A DNA stretch of 64,000 nucleotides from Camelus ferus. Its lineage: Eukaryota. The notes beneath the pieces are model-generated. The model worked only from the letters and a program-made list of their open reading frames with translations, was not told the DNA's origin and did no database searches. The stretch lies in assembly GCF_009834535.1 (NCBI RefSeq), contig NC_045696.1, positions 33,792,001 to 33,856,000 of the forward strand. Direction: 5' to 3'. The translations under genes and the position numbers were made by a program. Numbering within the stretch: the stretch's first letter is position 1; each line of letters opens with the position of its first letter. Of this stretch, positions 28,811 through 42,883 are shown piece by piece.

Positions 28811-31169
28811 CCAAGGAAAGAATGTTGCACTAATGAAAACATACATATCTAAATGGATTTCATGAACCAATTCTACGCATTTTGGTAATTTAGACTTTTT
28901 TAAAAAATCACATTGCACATATTTTTACTATAACACAATTTGGAAAGATTTATCATATAAGACACTGTCTTATGTATTCCAAAGCACTAGCATATTCCAA
29001 ATGAGCAATTCATCCCATTTTGAGTTTCATAAAAAAATTTCCTTTGCCTCAAAATAAAAACTTAATACAATTAAAAAAATTTTTTTACCTAATCATCAGT
29101 TTGTTGTTTAATCCTAAAACCCTGGCGACATCACTCCCCCTAATCCTAAAAGCTTAACATTCTAAAAAGGAGTATCTTTACTTACATTCTATTCTTAAAA
29201 TTCCATGACATTTGTCAGAGAAGTAAATGACATTGGGGTGGGGGAAGTAAATGTCCTTTTCCTTTTAAAAACGTTAGCTACGTGGCACATAATTGAAACT
29301 GTTATATTCCAAGAGGTTAAAAAGATCATCGTTATCTTGGGGCCTATTTATGCAAATATTCAATAAAGAATTATTGAATCAAGAATATAATGCTGTATTG
29401 AAGCACCAGGGAGAGCTGTTTTTGAAAATCTATCCTTTAGGCCTACGTTAATTAGTCACTGAAATTATTATGAGTAATATCCTCACCAAACAGATATTCA
29501 GAGTGCACCTCTAAGGCACGTCCAGAGGGCAGAAATGAATATTTGAATATAAGAGCTAAATGGATCCTCTGGTGGAATCTTCACATTTTACTGGCTGGGA
29601 AATCTCAGACCAGAGTGGTGAGCCCTCCAAGGTCACACAAAGGCCATGGCGAATCTGGCCTTTCATGATCACATATTTCTACTCTACCACCAATCCTACC
29701 CCTTAGCATGGGTTAAAACAGAGATCCAGAAGCTTCTGGGCAATTTTTTTAGCTGGTCTAAACTAGAACCTAATGTAACTTTTGCTCCTTCCAACTACAC
29801 TGTAAGTAAAAAATAAAAATCCACTCCTCAAATTTTTACTGAGTCAGACAAAATTTTGGCAGTGTTTCCTTTTCCCAAGGTTTTGTTGTTTATTATATGC
29901 TATTGTGATAAAGCCTCAGTTGGCAGTGGTCAGATACAGAGTCTGAATAAAAGACTGGCTCCTTGACCCCTCTGAATCAGCTGAAGGACCTGGGTAAAAA
30001 CATCTCTGGGGAGGATCCAAAGAGAATGGAATGGCAGGCCCTTTCACAGCATTGAGAGGGCTACAATACACCAGGACGACACTTTGGGGTTGCCTACCTT
30101 TGCTCCGGGATTCTAACAGATCTCATAGGAGGACATATGGCAGGGAAAAGAGAGAGAGAGAGAAGGGACGGACATGGCTTCCCTGAGCCCAGGAAGGGAT
30201 GTATTGGTCTTGCTCTATATGCAAAGCTGTAAATCATCTTTTCAGGATCAATGTTGTTTGAATTATTATTCACTGAAAGTGACCCAGGAGTTTTAGAACC
30301 ACAAGAGTTACAACCACAAGGTTGCTAAGCATTCCTCTAATGTACACAGAGAAAGACTAAAGACTTTTAACACAAGCCAAGACTATTCAAATAGAAGGAT
30401 CTCAAATGATCCTGAAAGCAACGTGACCTGAATGCTTCCAGAGCATTAATAGGAGTGGGTCCTGCTATTGTTGGCTTACAAATCAAACTACTATGCAATG
30501 GCCTTTCTAAATTAAAAAAAAAAAAATTCTGCTTTATTGCTCTCTAATTTTGTTCACCAACAAATTCTATTTTGTATTAATAGAATTATTATAAAAAATA
30601 AAGTTACATAATTGAAAGTGTCTCACATAAATTAGAGGCTTAATAAATAGTAAGATACTGCAATTTAAGCAATATTCTGTATTTCATTATACTAAAGTAC
30701 ATGACTCAATAATTCCTCAATTAAATTTGTATTTACTGTGTTATACTCAGTACCACGTAGCAACATGAACATTTCTCTGTCAGAATGTAAACAAAGCAAG
30801 CTAATTTGGTTAAATATAGGGAAATGCAGCTTTTTGTCTGTTTTTATAAACATTCCATTCAGTTAGTAGTCATATGTGTTTGCATATGTATATGTGTGTA
30901 TATTCAAAATGAAAGCACAGTGTAAGCTATGTATCTTCAATTTCAAAAGGGAAAAATTCAAAGGAAAATGTTACTAGTTCTTATTTTAGACCAAGCCCTC
31001 ACCATGACCCCTGAATATACTAAGCTTTGACAAATTATTTTTTAAGACTTTAAGATGTTTAAAGACAGATTGAGAAGTCAGAGCTTCCATCTAAACGACT
31101 CTTCAATCTCACCAACGTTTCTATCACTCCGTTGAACTTACATCAGAAAATCACCAGAATTTTGTTGAA

Positions 31170-32210
31170 TCTAACGGATCTTCAGTGATTCACTTTGAGA
31201 AAAACTTCTTATTAACTTTCCACTTAGTTGGTTTCTTCTTCCTAGAAATTCTCTCTTAACTTGGCTTTGAGGACACTAAATCTTCCTGGATTTCCTCTTT
31301 TCTTTCTTTGGCCACTATTTCATAAATTTTCTGCTTCCCTTCTACTCAATGTTTAAATGTTGGAACTTCTCAGGACTCACTATCATACTCTCTTCTGTTC
31401 TCAACTGTAAATCCTTACTCCAGGTTAACCTGCAGCCTTCAGCATCATTTTAACATGGGAGGATGGTCGCAATCATCCATCCCACAAGCATTTTAATGGG
31501 AAGAGAATGTGATTGAACTAGGTGAAAGAAACAAGAGACTGAAAAATCCGTGATGCACCAGGTTGAAGAAACTTAAAGACCTAAATGTCCTCTCATGGCG
31601 AAGGCAGTAAGACTGTACCAAGTGAAATGGCTCAGATTCACCATTTTTATGACCAAGAGGACCAAAAATAACTGGATCCCAGAGAAGAAGTCAGAGGTTT
31701 AGAAAGATGAGGTGGAATGTGAGGGGAGAGGAGGAGATGGAGGGAGGCCATCTGTGCTCATGAACAGCTCATGGAAAGACTAATCTTCATTTGCTACATT
31801 TTCTGGTAATTGGTTCTACGTGTGCACCATCCCAGATGCTGAAAGCATAATGAACGAGTCACATCAGTGCCCAGTACTCCCAGTTATCTCAAGCCTAGAT
31901 TCTCCTTTGAGTTCTAGACTCTTATACTGAGTCATTACTTGGAGCTCCAGTGGTGCAATCAATTAGTGCTCAGTACTTATACTGAGTCATTACTCAATAT
32001 GTCCACGCTACCTCCCCCTATGTAATTATGAGAGAGAACATGTATGTGGTGATGTTTATCACACTGCTGCTCATGAAGAAGATTAAAAGTTAAAATTGAT
32101 GATTCAACATTCCTCATTCTCCTTATCAAATCTATTCATTCTCTTCCATCTTTGCCATCACTACCCTAGTCCAAGCCACCAAGATCTCTGGCCTGGATTA
32201 TTTCAATAGA
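31170..32210 (+). mobile_element. L2 fragments (interrupted; host of the tRNA-half insertion)
   Basis: cttggctttgaggacact...ttaaatgttggaacttctcagg; ccatcactaccctagtccaagccacc..ggcctggattatt. Confidence 0.65.
31944..31981 (+). pseudogene. Tailless retropseudogene of the 5' half (5' exon) of tRNA-Ile(TAT)
   Basis: gctccagtggtgcaatcaattagtgctcagtacttata matches GCTCCAGTGGCGCAATCGGTTAGCGCGCGGTACTTATA at 32/38, and most differences are CpG transitions. It is flanked by the perfect direct repeat cttatactgagtcattact (31921-31939, 31976-31994). No poly(A) tail. Confidence 0.88.
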
Positions 32211-32219
32211 CAACGTTTT

Positions 32220-33240
32220 AAAAATCATCTTATTTATATTATTTATCAAAGTTATATGCGTACATGAATGTCACCTGGATTAGAGTCAAATAGTTCTACG
32301 TACAAGGGTTGCAACACAGACACACATGCACGCACACACAGGGTATCCTGGCATCTTCCTCCTCATTCTTCATCTCCAACCATTTTCAACTCTATTAGCT
32401 AACTCTTTGGGCATTTACCTCTAGACATCTACAAAATAAATATATATTGTTATTTCTTGATTCAGAGTAGAGCATTAGTTTCTTGCATAACATTTATATT
32501 CCCTAGGGTTTGTAATTGTCTATTTTTAATTTGCTTTTATCATTTTATTTTCCCTCCATAGTTTTTTCTTCAAATTGCTTCTTTTATTTGTTTGTTTATT
32601 TTGGTCTCTATTTTTCAAGTGAAGAGGTCTCCCTCAGATGTCTGATAATCCTCAGGTGACTGAACTCCTTCAACAGTGGGGGGTTAAACTGAATGACATT
32701 TCTGAGTGTGGGTGGGACTTTGCCAATATGGACTCAGTAAAGAGACCTGACAGCACCATACCTTCAGGAAACCCCAGTCACTATCTTTAGGCTTTGCCTT
32801 CTTAGTCTTGTCAGATTGCCCAAGGGCCCTTTCTCATGCTCAATGCTTAGCTAGTAACAGCCTGGCTAACAGAATTCTTGAACCCAAGTTGAAGAAAAAG
32901 ACTGAGAGTTTCAATATCCAATACATTTTTGTTAGTTTTGCTACCTTCTTATTAGTACAGATTTACCACCTCCAACTCATCCTTGCAACTATGCATGGTG
33001 TCTCCCAATATGGAGATTTTGTGTTTACTGCTCCAGGCCACTATATACTTCTGTGCTTCTGCTCTTATGGGAGCGGACATGGGGGTCTAACTGTAAACCT
33101 TAATTACCCCCTCCTCTTTTGTCCCTACTTCCGGGAAACCTGGAAAGACTAATTCCTGAGACACTGGGAAACTCAGTGGCACAAATGTGCTTGGTTCCTA
33201 CCTACCTATACTGTGCGTTTAGGATTCAGCTTTCTCCTTT
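32220..33240 (-). mobile_element. HAL1/old L1M-like element inserted in an L2
   Basis: caaccattttcaactctattagct...ggcatttacctc...tattgttatttcttgatt and tccctcagatgtctgataatcctc; L2 sequence resumes after it. Confidence 0.6.
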
Positions 33241-33244
33241 TTAA

Positions 33245-33510
33245 AGAAGCCTTTCCTAATTGCACAACCAGATTTTATCTCTCTTCATACACTGACCAAA
33301 ACTCTCTACTTCTTCTGAGTACTAATTGCAATTCCAGTTAAACCCATTTGAATAATTACTTGTTTAACCTCTGTCTTTCCTACTGGATTGAAAGGAACAT
33401 GACAGCCGTCCATGGTTGTCTTGTTTTCAGCCCTAGTGCAGGACCTGGCAAATTTTCCAGTACATGAGGAGTATACAGTACTAATTTTTTAAGTGACAGA
33501 ATGAATAAGA
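33245..33510 (+). mobile_element. L2 3' end
   Basis: agaagcctttccta...ttacttgtttaacctctgtctttcctactggattg...ccctagtgcaggacctggca...gaatgaata. Confidence 0.7.
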
Positions 33511-34880
33511 AAATAAGAGAACTGAGACAAATATCACTAAAAGCCTCAAGACAGTGGCCCACAGCACTTTTAATGATTATGTCAAACTACAAAATCACTT
33601 CAAAGCCTTACATAATCTTATTATGCTTGATTTGAAATACCTGCTAGAAATAAAACTTGAAATAACTGCAAGTTGATTCAGTTTTAAAATAAATAAACTA
33701 AAATTTGTAATTTAATTTTATGAAGTTAGATGGCTTCAAGAATGATTAATAACAAAAAGCTAATAGAAAAGTATTAAAAATAAATACATATATATGCCAG
33801 GTAGTGCTAAAGAATATGAGGCAGAGTAAATCAGAGTGCAGGAGAGAGCGATGGAGGACCTATTTTAGACAGGGGGCCAAGAAAGTTCTCTTTGTTAAGT
33901 ATATATTTGAGCAGAGATCAGGAGGAAATTGGAAATCAATCTATGAAGCTATCTGATTCTTCTTTATTTACACACACTTACACACACACACACACACACT
34001 TCTTACCAGAATAAATGTCAATTTTGAGTGGCAGCTCAGTTATAAAATGAGAAAAATATTTTCCTATTTTGCAATTAGGGGAAATATTTTCCATAATCTG
34101 CAATGTACTTTTCTCAGCATTGATTCAGTTGTTACGATTTTTATAGTCAGCACGTGTTAGTTCTTTTCCTTTTTCCCCAGATTCCTTTTGAGTTTGCTAG
34201 GAATAAGATTAAGGTCCGTATTAGACCACATACCCATTGTTGCAGAAAGAGAAGTTTTTAGATAACTGTTTCAGAAGAGTCACAACTAAATTCTTTGTCA
34301 GCAGTATGCAGACCTCACTGATTTTCTAAGTGAAATGATGATCTTGGCTTATTCTTTCCATCATATTGATATAGGCAGCCCCGAGGAGACTTGCTGATAA
34401 AAGTTTCTAAAGGATCACTACCTTGCAGATTTATTACTGAGCATGATTCAAAGCTGAGAATTCCACTAGTCATCTTTCTTTCCTGATTTTGCCTGTAAAC
34501 CTTCAGTGGTTCTGGTATGTAATTCCATATGACTCCTTGGATACATAGCATCATTTCACATATGCATTTTTCCACTCCAAATGCAAAGATCTTGAAAGAG
34601 AAAAAGAACAAGAGAGAAACAGAGAGAGAAGACCAGAGAAATCCAAGTACCATTTTAAATGTCAAGCTACAGCCTGAACAAGATGCAGCCAAATGATTGA
34701 CAGCTGCACTTTGTCACATCTTAATCTCAAATTTCATATACACTGCATACCATATTCCATTACCTATGGGTAAGAGTACTTCTCCACATTATTAACTAGC
34801 CTGCATCATTGTCTCCCTACCCTAAGTTCATCAATAGTTAGTATTAGTTGAGTATTTATTAGGTATTATTATAAGTGCAG

Positions 34881-34908
34881 TACATACATACATACATACA
34901 TACATACA
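34881..34908. repeat. (TACA)n microsatellite
   Basis: Seven TACA units. Confidence 0.95.
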
Positions 34909-34929
34909 ATAGATAAATAGATTATTTGG

Positions 34930-35125
34930 TATAAACTCATTTAAACATCACATCAACTCATAAATTAGGGATTGATTTACTCCCACTTTACAGAGAAGGT
35001 AAAAACTGACATACAGACAGTGTAAGCAATTTACCCAAAGTTGTGGGCTAGTAAGTGGCAAACCTTTTATTCAAACCCAAATACTCCTGAGCCAAAGTCT
35101 TACTACAGAACTTTAATCGCTATCC
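34930..35125 (-). mobile_element. MIR SINE
   Basis: cccactttacagagaaggtaaaaactgac...agcaatttacccaaag..ctagtaagtggca..attcaaaccca. Confidence 0.75.
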
Positions 35126-36329
35126 TGTAGCTCAATCTCCCTATTGGTTTCTCTTCCATCTAGCATCGTTCACAATCCCATTCCTTCTTCTATCAGTCAG
35201 GAGAGTTGAATAACATTTTTTGTCAGTCACTTCTCCACCTTCTACAAGAAAACCCTTCATGAAAATCTTGTCCCTTTGTTCCAAGCCTGCCCCGACAGAT
35301 GTCAGTGATTCTACCATTTGTGGGTTTTGAGCATAAGCTTCTATGGCTACCATCTTAGTCCTGAAATAAACATTGACTGACAAGAAAATTGAATACAGTA
35401 ATAATTGACTCAACACATCCTTTCCTTTTTAACATTATTTTTCATTTCATATTCATAATAAATTCTGAGAATAACTCTGCTTTCCAATGATTTAATTAAT
35501 ACTTTTCAACCAGGTGGTGAGGCCAAGAGCTTGTGATACATTAATCTTGTCAGTCTCTTTACTTTTTTTCTATTTCTGTATAATAATCATAATGGGAAAT
35601 TATTAAGCCAGGGTTGAAAGAGATAATTTTAGAGGACATCAATGTGAACTCACTAGATATTTATGCAGATCATCCAAGTTTTAGAAAGGAAAAAAGTAGA
35701 CTTAGAAAGAAAAAAAAATTAAAACCATGAAATGTGTTACAGACCATTATACTTAAGACAACGAGTCTGATTCTAATCCCAACTCTATTTCTAACTTGCT
35801 GTAAGGATTTGGGCAACGTTACTTACTTTGTCCACTTGTTAAAAGGGAATGTTGAAATTTATTACCATAGATGCTCATTTCTATGCTAAAATTCTATTTC
35901 TGTATTGTTACAAAACAGAGGAAGTGGCAAGTTGGTAGAGATGGCCTCTTCCAGAATTGACATCTAAAAAATCAAATGGTTTTGACTTTCCCCTCAAAAA
36001 AAATTGAAAAAGCAATAGGAAATATATTCAAATGCTCTGATCAAGTTGACATAGGTCAGCTACTCACACCCTACGCAACCCAAACCTCTGCCACTCATTT
36101 TTGACCATGTAGGCTTAGTTAATTCTTGCTCATTTATAATATAAACTACATGGATGAGTAGATATTCCTTAAGAAATAACTTCTACTCTTTCTAAAGAAC
36201 ATGAAAGGGCAAATCTCCTCTAACTTCTTCATCACCCCCAATTGCTTTCAATACAGTCAAGTGCTGTTGACAAGACAGCATTTGCCCTCTAACTCGTCAT
36301 GAGTGGAAGCATCCCAGTTTTCTTTAGAT

Positions 36330-36511
36330 CAATCATTCTTGACTTTGGCTGAACACTGGAATCATCTGGGGAACCTACCTTTTAAAACTACTGATGCCTG
36401 GGTCCCCCCTCCAGTGACTCTGCTTTACTAGGTCTGGCATGGGACCTGAGCACTGGGATTTTTTTAAAGCCCCCCAAGTAAGCCTAATGAGCAGCCAATA
36501 CTGAGAATTCT
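36330..36511. mobile_element. MER5A-like hAT MITE
   Basis: ctggaatcatctgggga..ttttaaaactactgatgcctgggtcccc...ggtctggcatgggacctgagcactgggattttt. Confidence 0.85.
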
Positions 36512-38599
36512 CAAAAGTTCTAAAAAAATGTATTGAAGGACTTCAAACTGTGGATCACTGACAATTCTGTGCTCAGCTTTCTATATAAGCCTCCCTGCTC
36601 TTCCCCTGGTGCATTCTGAGTTAAAAGAATGAGTATATGCTTCCTTTGTGGCTATAAGAAACTACTGCTATTTTAAAAGAAAGAAAATGACTGCAGACTT
36701 TTCTATATTTGGGCAACTGCATAATTCCTCTTAGGTAAAAAAAAAAAGGGCTTCTTTCGTTTAAAAAAAAAGATGCTATTTTTTTCCTTATTAAAGGCAA
36801 GACAGGGCAGAGCTTGAATGAGAAAACTGTGAAACGTAACTAACTGCTTTGCATAATAAAAATAATATTTGCTGTTGCTTACATAGAGAAATTATTTTAG
36901 CATAAAATAATGCTAGCTTTGAACAGATAAACTCAGAGGTAAGAAGGTGTGTGTGTGTGTGCGCACTTTGCTGTCTTTTTTTTTTTTTTCACTTTTGCTG
37001 AAGGTGAATGCTGTGGAGGATGAGAAACAGGCAAAGTGGTCAGAGATACAGAATATAGAGGAAGAACTAGGAGAAAAAACTTTGCAAAGAGAGAATAGGT
37101 CCCAGTAACAATGGTGATTAAGCCAAAATTTGGGAAAAACTTGGCTATTATTTAAATATTTCCTGAGACAGTATGTGATCAAGAAGTTTAGAAAGAGCAA
37201 TTTCCTATTCTATGCTATAATTTTTAAACTCTAATCCTCCCCAAATCTTTAATATAATTTTAACTACTAACTCAGTAATGATTTCTCTTCCCTCTGCTTT
37301 GTGGAATAAAGTCTACATTTACATTCTGAGGTAAGGTCAGAAAGGCTAGAGGAATATGCGAAGGTGTAGAGAGATGGCCAGAACGACCAGGGAGAAGCCA
37401 GCCAAAACCAGGAATTTGGCACAAGAGCCAACAAATAACCACCAAGACATGTAGGCACCATCTCCAGGAATTCTCAAAGGTATCTAGGAGGAATAAGAAT
37501 TTCTTGTAGTCTATGTGATTGGAATTCAAATCATTTCATTTAGAAATTAAAGAAAAACTTGCACCCCCGATGGCTAGAAAGTTCAAATGGGTTACACGGT
37601 GCTCTACTTAAGAAGAGGCAGAACGCCTAGTAGCAGACTGTTACTTATTCCTTTCTCATCAGTCCCCTCATCCCTTTTGGGGTGAATTTAGAAAAACATC
37701 ACAAAGTTCAGAAAAGATCCTCGTCACTTTCATCATGTAATGGACAGTAAGAGCTTAACGTGTGCGTTTTACTGAAGGCCTAAGACCTTGAAGGAACTCC
37801 TAATTTCTAGATTACAGTCATCACTTTTTTGAGCCTTGTAAGAAGTCCCACAGGAGCAGCAATATCTAAAGGTATAGTTGATTCTTGTTGTTTTTGTAAA
37901 TGAAATGGAAATCCTATCAAAAGAAGAAAATAAGCTATAAATGGTGCAACATGAGGGCAATAATAGGATGCGAGTTTCCAAGCCTATAAATAGGGTATAC
38001 CTTATTGAGTTATGAAGTTTGTGTCTAGATATTTTTCTTCCTTATAAGGGCCTTAAAACAGATGTGCTTAAAGTCTCACTAGTGGTCAGTTTTACTATAG
38101 TCATGGGATATTCTTGGTGCTAGGTCACATTTCTTTCTTTTTCTGAGAGAGATTATTTTCTTATAGAAATACTGGTATAATTTCTAGTACACTGGTTCTA
38201 AAAATATGTAAAACACAAAAATACGTAAAATACAAAAATTACATAGCCAACCTATGTAAGAACTACCTCCATGGCTTATTAAAGCTACAGATGCCAGCAT
38301 CCCAACTACAAGGCTGAGGTGCAAAAATCAATTTTTTTAGAAAAACACAGAAGAATCAGGTTTGAAAACCACTAAGCTATGTGACAGACCCCTCAAACAA
38401 TCTATCGTTCTGGAGTTTAAATACTTTTGCCACGAATAGCAAATTAATATATTTGGCTTGTGTTGTCTGATGATGTTCTTTGTTTATTTCTAAATTTCTC
38501 TGTCCAACTCCCTCTTTCCTTTCTCCCCTTCCTCCTCCTTATCTTTTTTTCTCCTCCAGTCTTCCATCTGAAATCTACATGATGAACGGGAGTCAAATA

Positions 38600-38960
38600 A
38601 AGGAATATCTGAGGAAATATCATTTCAGGCAGAGGGAATAACAAGTGTAAGGTGATAGGCAGGAGCAAGGTCCAAGTGTTTGAGAAACGCCAGGAAGCCA
38701 TCCCTAGTGAGTGAGAAATGCCTGTAGTCAGCGGGGCAGAAGTGGTAGTTGGCTAGATCAGAGACACAGGCAAGTTTTAGATACATGCAGATTTGGAGGC
38801 CATGGTAAGGATTTGGATTTAATTCTACTTGCAACAAAAGGTAATTGGAGGGTTCCGAGAAAGGAGAAAAGGTGGGATTTCTGACTTGTTTTTAAAATAT
38901 TACTATGCCTGCTTTCTGAGGATGAGTTATAGGTAATCAAGAGAAAGTTCTGTCAAGAAG
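38600..38960 (-). mobile_element. L2 fragment
   Basis: atttcaggcagagggaataacaagtgtaagg...gtgtttgagaaacgccaggaagcca...ggccatggtaaggatttggatttaattct. Confidence 0.8.
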
Positions 38961-38984
38961 CAGGAGTGTAAAAATGGGATATAG

Positions 38985-39385
38985 TGTGACATCACTCATA
39001 TGTGGAATCTTAAAAAAAAAGAAAGAAAAACTAAGACACTAATGAACTTATCTACAAAACAGAAATAGACTCACAGACATAGTAAACAATCATATGGTTA
39101 CCAGAGAGGAAGGGGGTGGGAAGGGATAAATTGGGAGTTCGAGATTTGCAGATATTAACTACTATATAAAAAATAGATTAAAAAAACAAATTTCTTCTGT
39201 AGAACACAGGGAACTATAGTCAATATCTGGCAGTAACCTATAATGAAAAGGAATATGAAAATGAATATATGCATGTATATGTATGACTGAAACATTATGC
39301 TGTACACCAGAAATTGACACCTTATAACTGACTGTACTTCAATAAAAAAATAAAATAAAAATAAAATTCACCATTAAAAAAAAAA
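38985..39385 (+). mobile_element. L1 3' end with TSD
   Basis: catcactcatatgtggaatct...gactgtacttcaataaaa plus A tail; flanking aaaaatggga(t/c)at duplicated at ~38970 and ~39381. Confidence 0.92.
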
Positions 39386-39419
39386 TGGGACATGATTGGA
39401 CTTGGGCAGCCCTGAAAAC

Positions 39420-39891
39420 AGCGTGTGTTGTTTACTACCTTTTGGCACTCAAGTGTCATCCCTACCTGCTTCTGTCATCTCCCCTTTACTGTGGGTGCAG
39501 CATACTGAGAACTATGTTTTTCCAAGCCTTAGCAGTAAGTCTCTGGTTTTGATGCTACCTACTGTAGGTACTCACACAAGATTCAGGAGAAGGAAAAGAG
39601 TGAGAAATCATTTTTGTTCCAGTATGGAGCTGGTGGCCTGGACTACTGGGGTGGTGGCAGTGGTTTCACGCAGCTTCTTAAAATCCCAAGTCCACTGTCA
39701 GTGTCCTGCTTCACAGGCGCAGTTTCAGTATGAGCTTCTTGCAGTTTTATAATTTCTAGACAGTCTCTCCAGTGCTTACATTTATTACTCATCCCTCTCC
39801 AATGATACCACAAGCGATTGATCTTGTGCAAATATTTCTGTTTGAAATACATAGATTGATTTGTTCTCCTAGCTCAACTCTGACTGATACA
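39420..39891 (+). mobile_element. 5' LTR of ERV-L provirus (LTR33/LTR16-class)
   Basis: Ends in ctctgactgataca, the typical LTR16/33 terminus, and is followed directly by ERV-L internal start sequence (caggagtagttcc). The 5' boundary is approximate. Confidence 0.65.
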
Positions 39892-41572
39892 GTATTTTTC
39901 TTTGCACAGGAGTAGTTCCAAAAACAGTCCCTCAAAGATGGGAATCTAGAGTAATTATCTGTCCTGCTTGGGGGTGTGAAGGTGGTGATGATCTCAGCTC
40001 CAGGAGAAAATGGGATAATGGTCACACGTCTCATTTAGACAAAATGTCCATTAGGGTATAAGTGACAATTGCAAGGGCTCTGTGTGAGCTAGTTACTTCT
40101 GGCAACATTGGAAGGATGGCATGAAGAAAATGATGAGTTCAGAGCTTCAAATTCTCTGTTCAAGTTGTAAGCAGAGAACCAGAGTGTTTCAATGACTGAT
40201 CTAAAATGATCTTTTATCTACAAGGGATAAGATGACAACATAGACAAAAACCAAGGTTTGAAAATTCAATTCCGTGGGCTTAAAAGATTATAATGTAAAT
40301 TGAATTCAGAGTATTAATAGAACTCTAATTTGAAAATTGTAGTACTTATTAAACAGGTAACAAACATAGAAAATTGGATACAGAGAAGTTTGGTTTACTT
40401 GGATAAATCAGAAACTGGAGCCTCTAAGTCAATCCCACTGTGCTTCCTGGAAGAAGCAGCCCCTTCTTCCTTGGGTGAGAGGGACAATCCTTTCTTATCT
40501 CATCTTACTGAGGCAGTCATCTTACAGAGTGACCAGTGTCTTCAGATCTGCTCATCACCTCTCTCTTTCCAGATCCGTAATTAGAGCATGGCCCACGATT
40601 AAATATACACAGTCTGCCCATAAGGAAACACATTATACTCCAAAATAACTACAAAATGTTGCTAACTATTACTGACAAAATCATGGGGTGGGGGATATAT
40701 GTGGAAATGGCCAGAGAAGAAGATACATAGACTGGTTTGGGCCAAGTTTAAAAGATATAGTTGCCATGGATCTGTAGAATTAACTTAAGGAGCAGAAGAG
40801 GCTCCAACAATTTACTCAGGTGGTTGATTGAAATCTTGACTCAACAGTGTCCTCCATGAAAGTTTAGGTGTCAGAAATGTACTAGTATACTGTAAAGGAC
40901 AGGATCTCAAGGTCAGGGACAAGGGAACTCTGGAGTGGCTCTATTCTCATACTGTGGTTCCTGGAAGGCCCGGAGAACTACTTCGACAGATATTACAAGA
41001 GAAGAGCATTGATACTGTGCTTCTGGGAAAATGTGCCTGATGTGATTTTTGTGTAGATAGAACTGTGAGATGATGCTGGCAGCATGGAATCTCTGGTTTT
41101 ATGAGGGATGTGGTCCAAGAGTGACAGCATCTAAATGCCTGAGACAAGGGTGGCAAGACAACCAAAATAGATCAGAGGGCTGGCAGGGAGTCAGAATGTT
41201 TTCACCTGCAGGCATCTTGATAACGTTCTAATGATCATGGCACAGTCTACCAAAGCATTAAATGGTGTGTTTAATCAAAAACTCTTGGTCTTACAAACAG
41301 GGACCTGACCCAAGTTACCCAAATGAAAGTTCTCAGCCTCTCACTGAGATCCTAGACCTCAACCAGTTCACACACCTGAAGCCCCTTGAATAAAGAACCT
41401 TGAGAATCTGTCAAAAGCCTTTTTTGTAGATCATCTTCCTGGCCTTCCCCAAAAGACCTGTAGACATTTGCCCGAGTCACTGCACAGAGGAGAGGGAAAT
41501 ATCCAAGCCTTGTGGAGGTTATAGGACATTGAACCTGAGCTGGTATTTCCTAAGGACGCAGAATACTACTAT

Positions 41573-41930
41573 TGAAAGAAAAATACCATATGATATCACT
41601 TATATGTGGAATCTAAAAAAATAGAACTTACTTACAAAACATTAAACAGACCCACAGACGTAGAAAACAAACTTATGGTTACCAGGGGGTGGGGGGATAA
41701 ATTGGGAGTTTGGGATTTGCAGGGATTTGCAGGTACTAACTAGTATATATAAAATAAACAACAGGCTCCTACTGTACAGCACAGGGAACTATATTCAATA
41801 CCTTGTAATAGCCTATGATGAAAAAGAATGTGAAAAGGAATACATACATGTATATAACTGAACCACTGTGCTGCACACCAGAAATTAACACAACATTGTA
41901 AACCGACTATATGTCAATTTTTAAAAAAGT
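41573..41930 (+). mobile_element. L1 3' end nested in ERV-L protease region
   Basis: tatgatatcacttatatgtggaatctaaaa...cacaacattgtaaaccgactat plus A-rich end; same 3'UTR as the other young L1 ends in the window. Confidence 0.9.
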
Positions 41931-42883
41931 CTCTATCATCTACCAGTCAGAAAGAGGATTTACAGTCATGTAACAAAGATTTAGCTTCAATCCATCAAAG
42001 TTGAACCAAACTGACCTGTCAATCAGTCTCTTCCAAATCTTTAAATGTAGCATTAGTCTGTGTTTTATTGGAGACGTAGAATTATGTTTGTTTTTATAAT
42101 TTTCATAGGGATAACTAATTCAAGATCCTTATTCTTGATCCTATTTACCATAATGGTCTTAATTTTATTGCTTTTAAACTAGGGAAATAATATCAGATTA
42201 TAGAAAGAAGCATTTTTTTTAAGGAAAGAAACTTGCCTCTTCAGTGTATAAAAAGATAGGTTATATATAGTAAGTAGCAGTAAACTTGAGATCAGAGTAG
42301 GTGATGCAACTAATTGCAGCTGATGTTCCAGGTGTGATCTCTTTGCTAGAGTAAATTAACAGATCCATTCTCACTGAGATCAGATTTTGATCTGGCCAGT
42401 GCTCCCTCACCCCAGTTGAAATTAGGAAACATCATCTGGCAAGGGTAGTGGGAACAGTTCCTTCTTTTACTTCAGAAGTATTTCAAGTTTCTTGTTATCT
42501 GTCATTATCTAATGTCAGGGCACTTGATCACGGCACCATCCACAGTACATTATACTGGCCCCCACATCCATGACCTCATCGTGATCAGACCTGGTGAGCA
42601 GGAAGCAGCAAATATCCTAAATGTGTAGACATGACATATGCATGCCAGAGGGAAATGATAAAGCTCATGAAAATGTAGAGAGATGTCATCTTCATGAGGT
42701 TCTGGGAAGCCAGTAGAACTGAGGAATGCCCAGATATCCCCTCCAAAATAAAAGTCAGGTTGCTTTGTCCTGCATCTGTATAACTCAGGAAGAGACACAA
42801 TGCTTAGTGTGCTTCCTTCCCTTTTGAAGGCAATGTGCACTATGTGTAATATGTGCTCTGAATCATGCAGCAGGCAGTTTTGG

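Noticed and set aside
37003..37108. Protein-like reading VNAVEDEKQAKWSEIQNIEEELGEK after a T-rich tract
   Set aside because: Short, ends in a stop, weak acceptor (aag), no recognised homology or partner exons.
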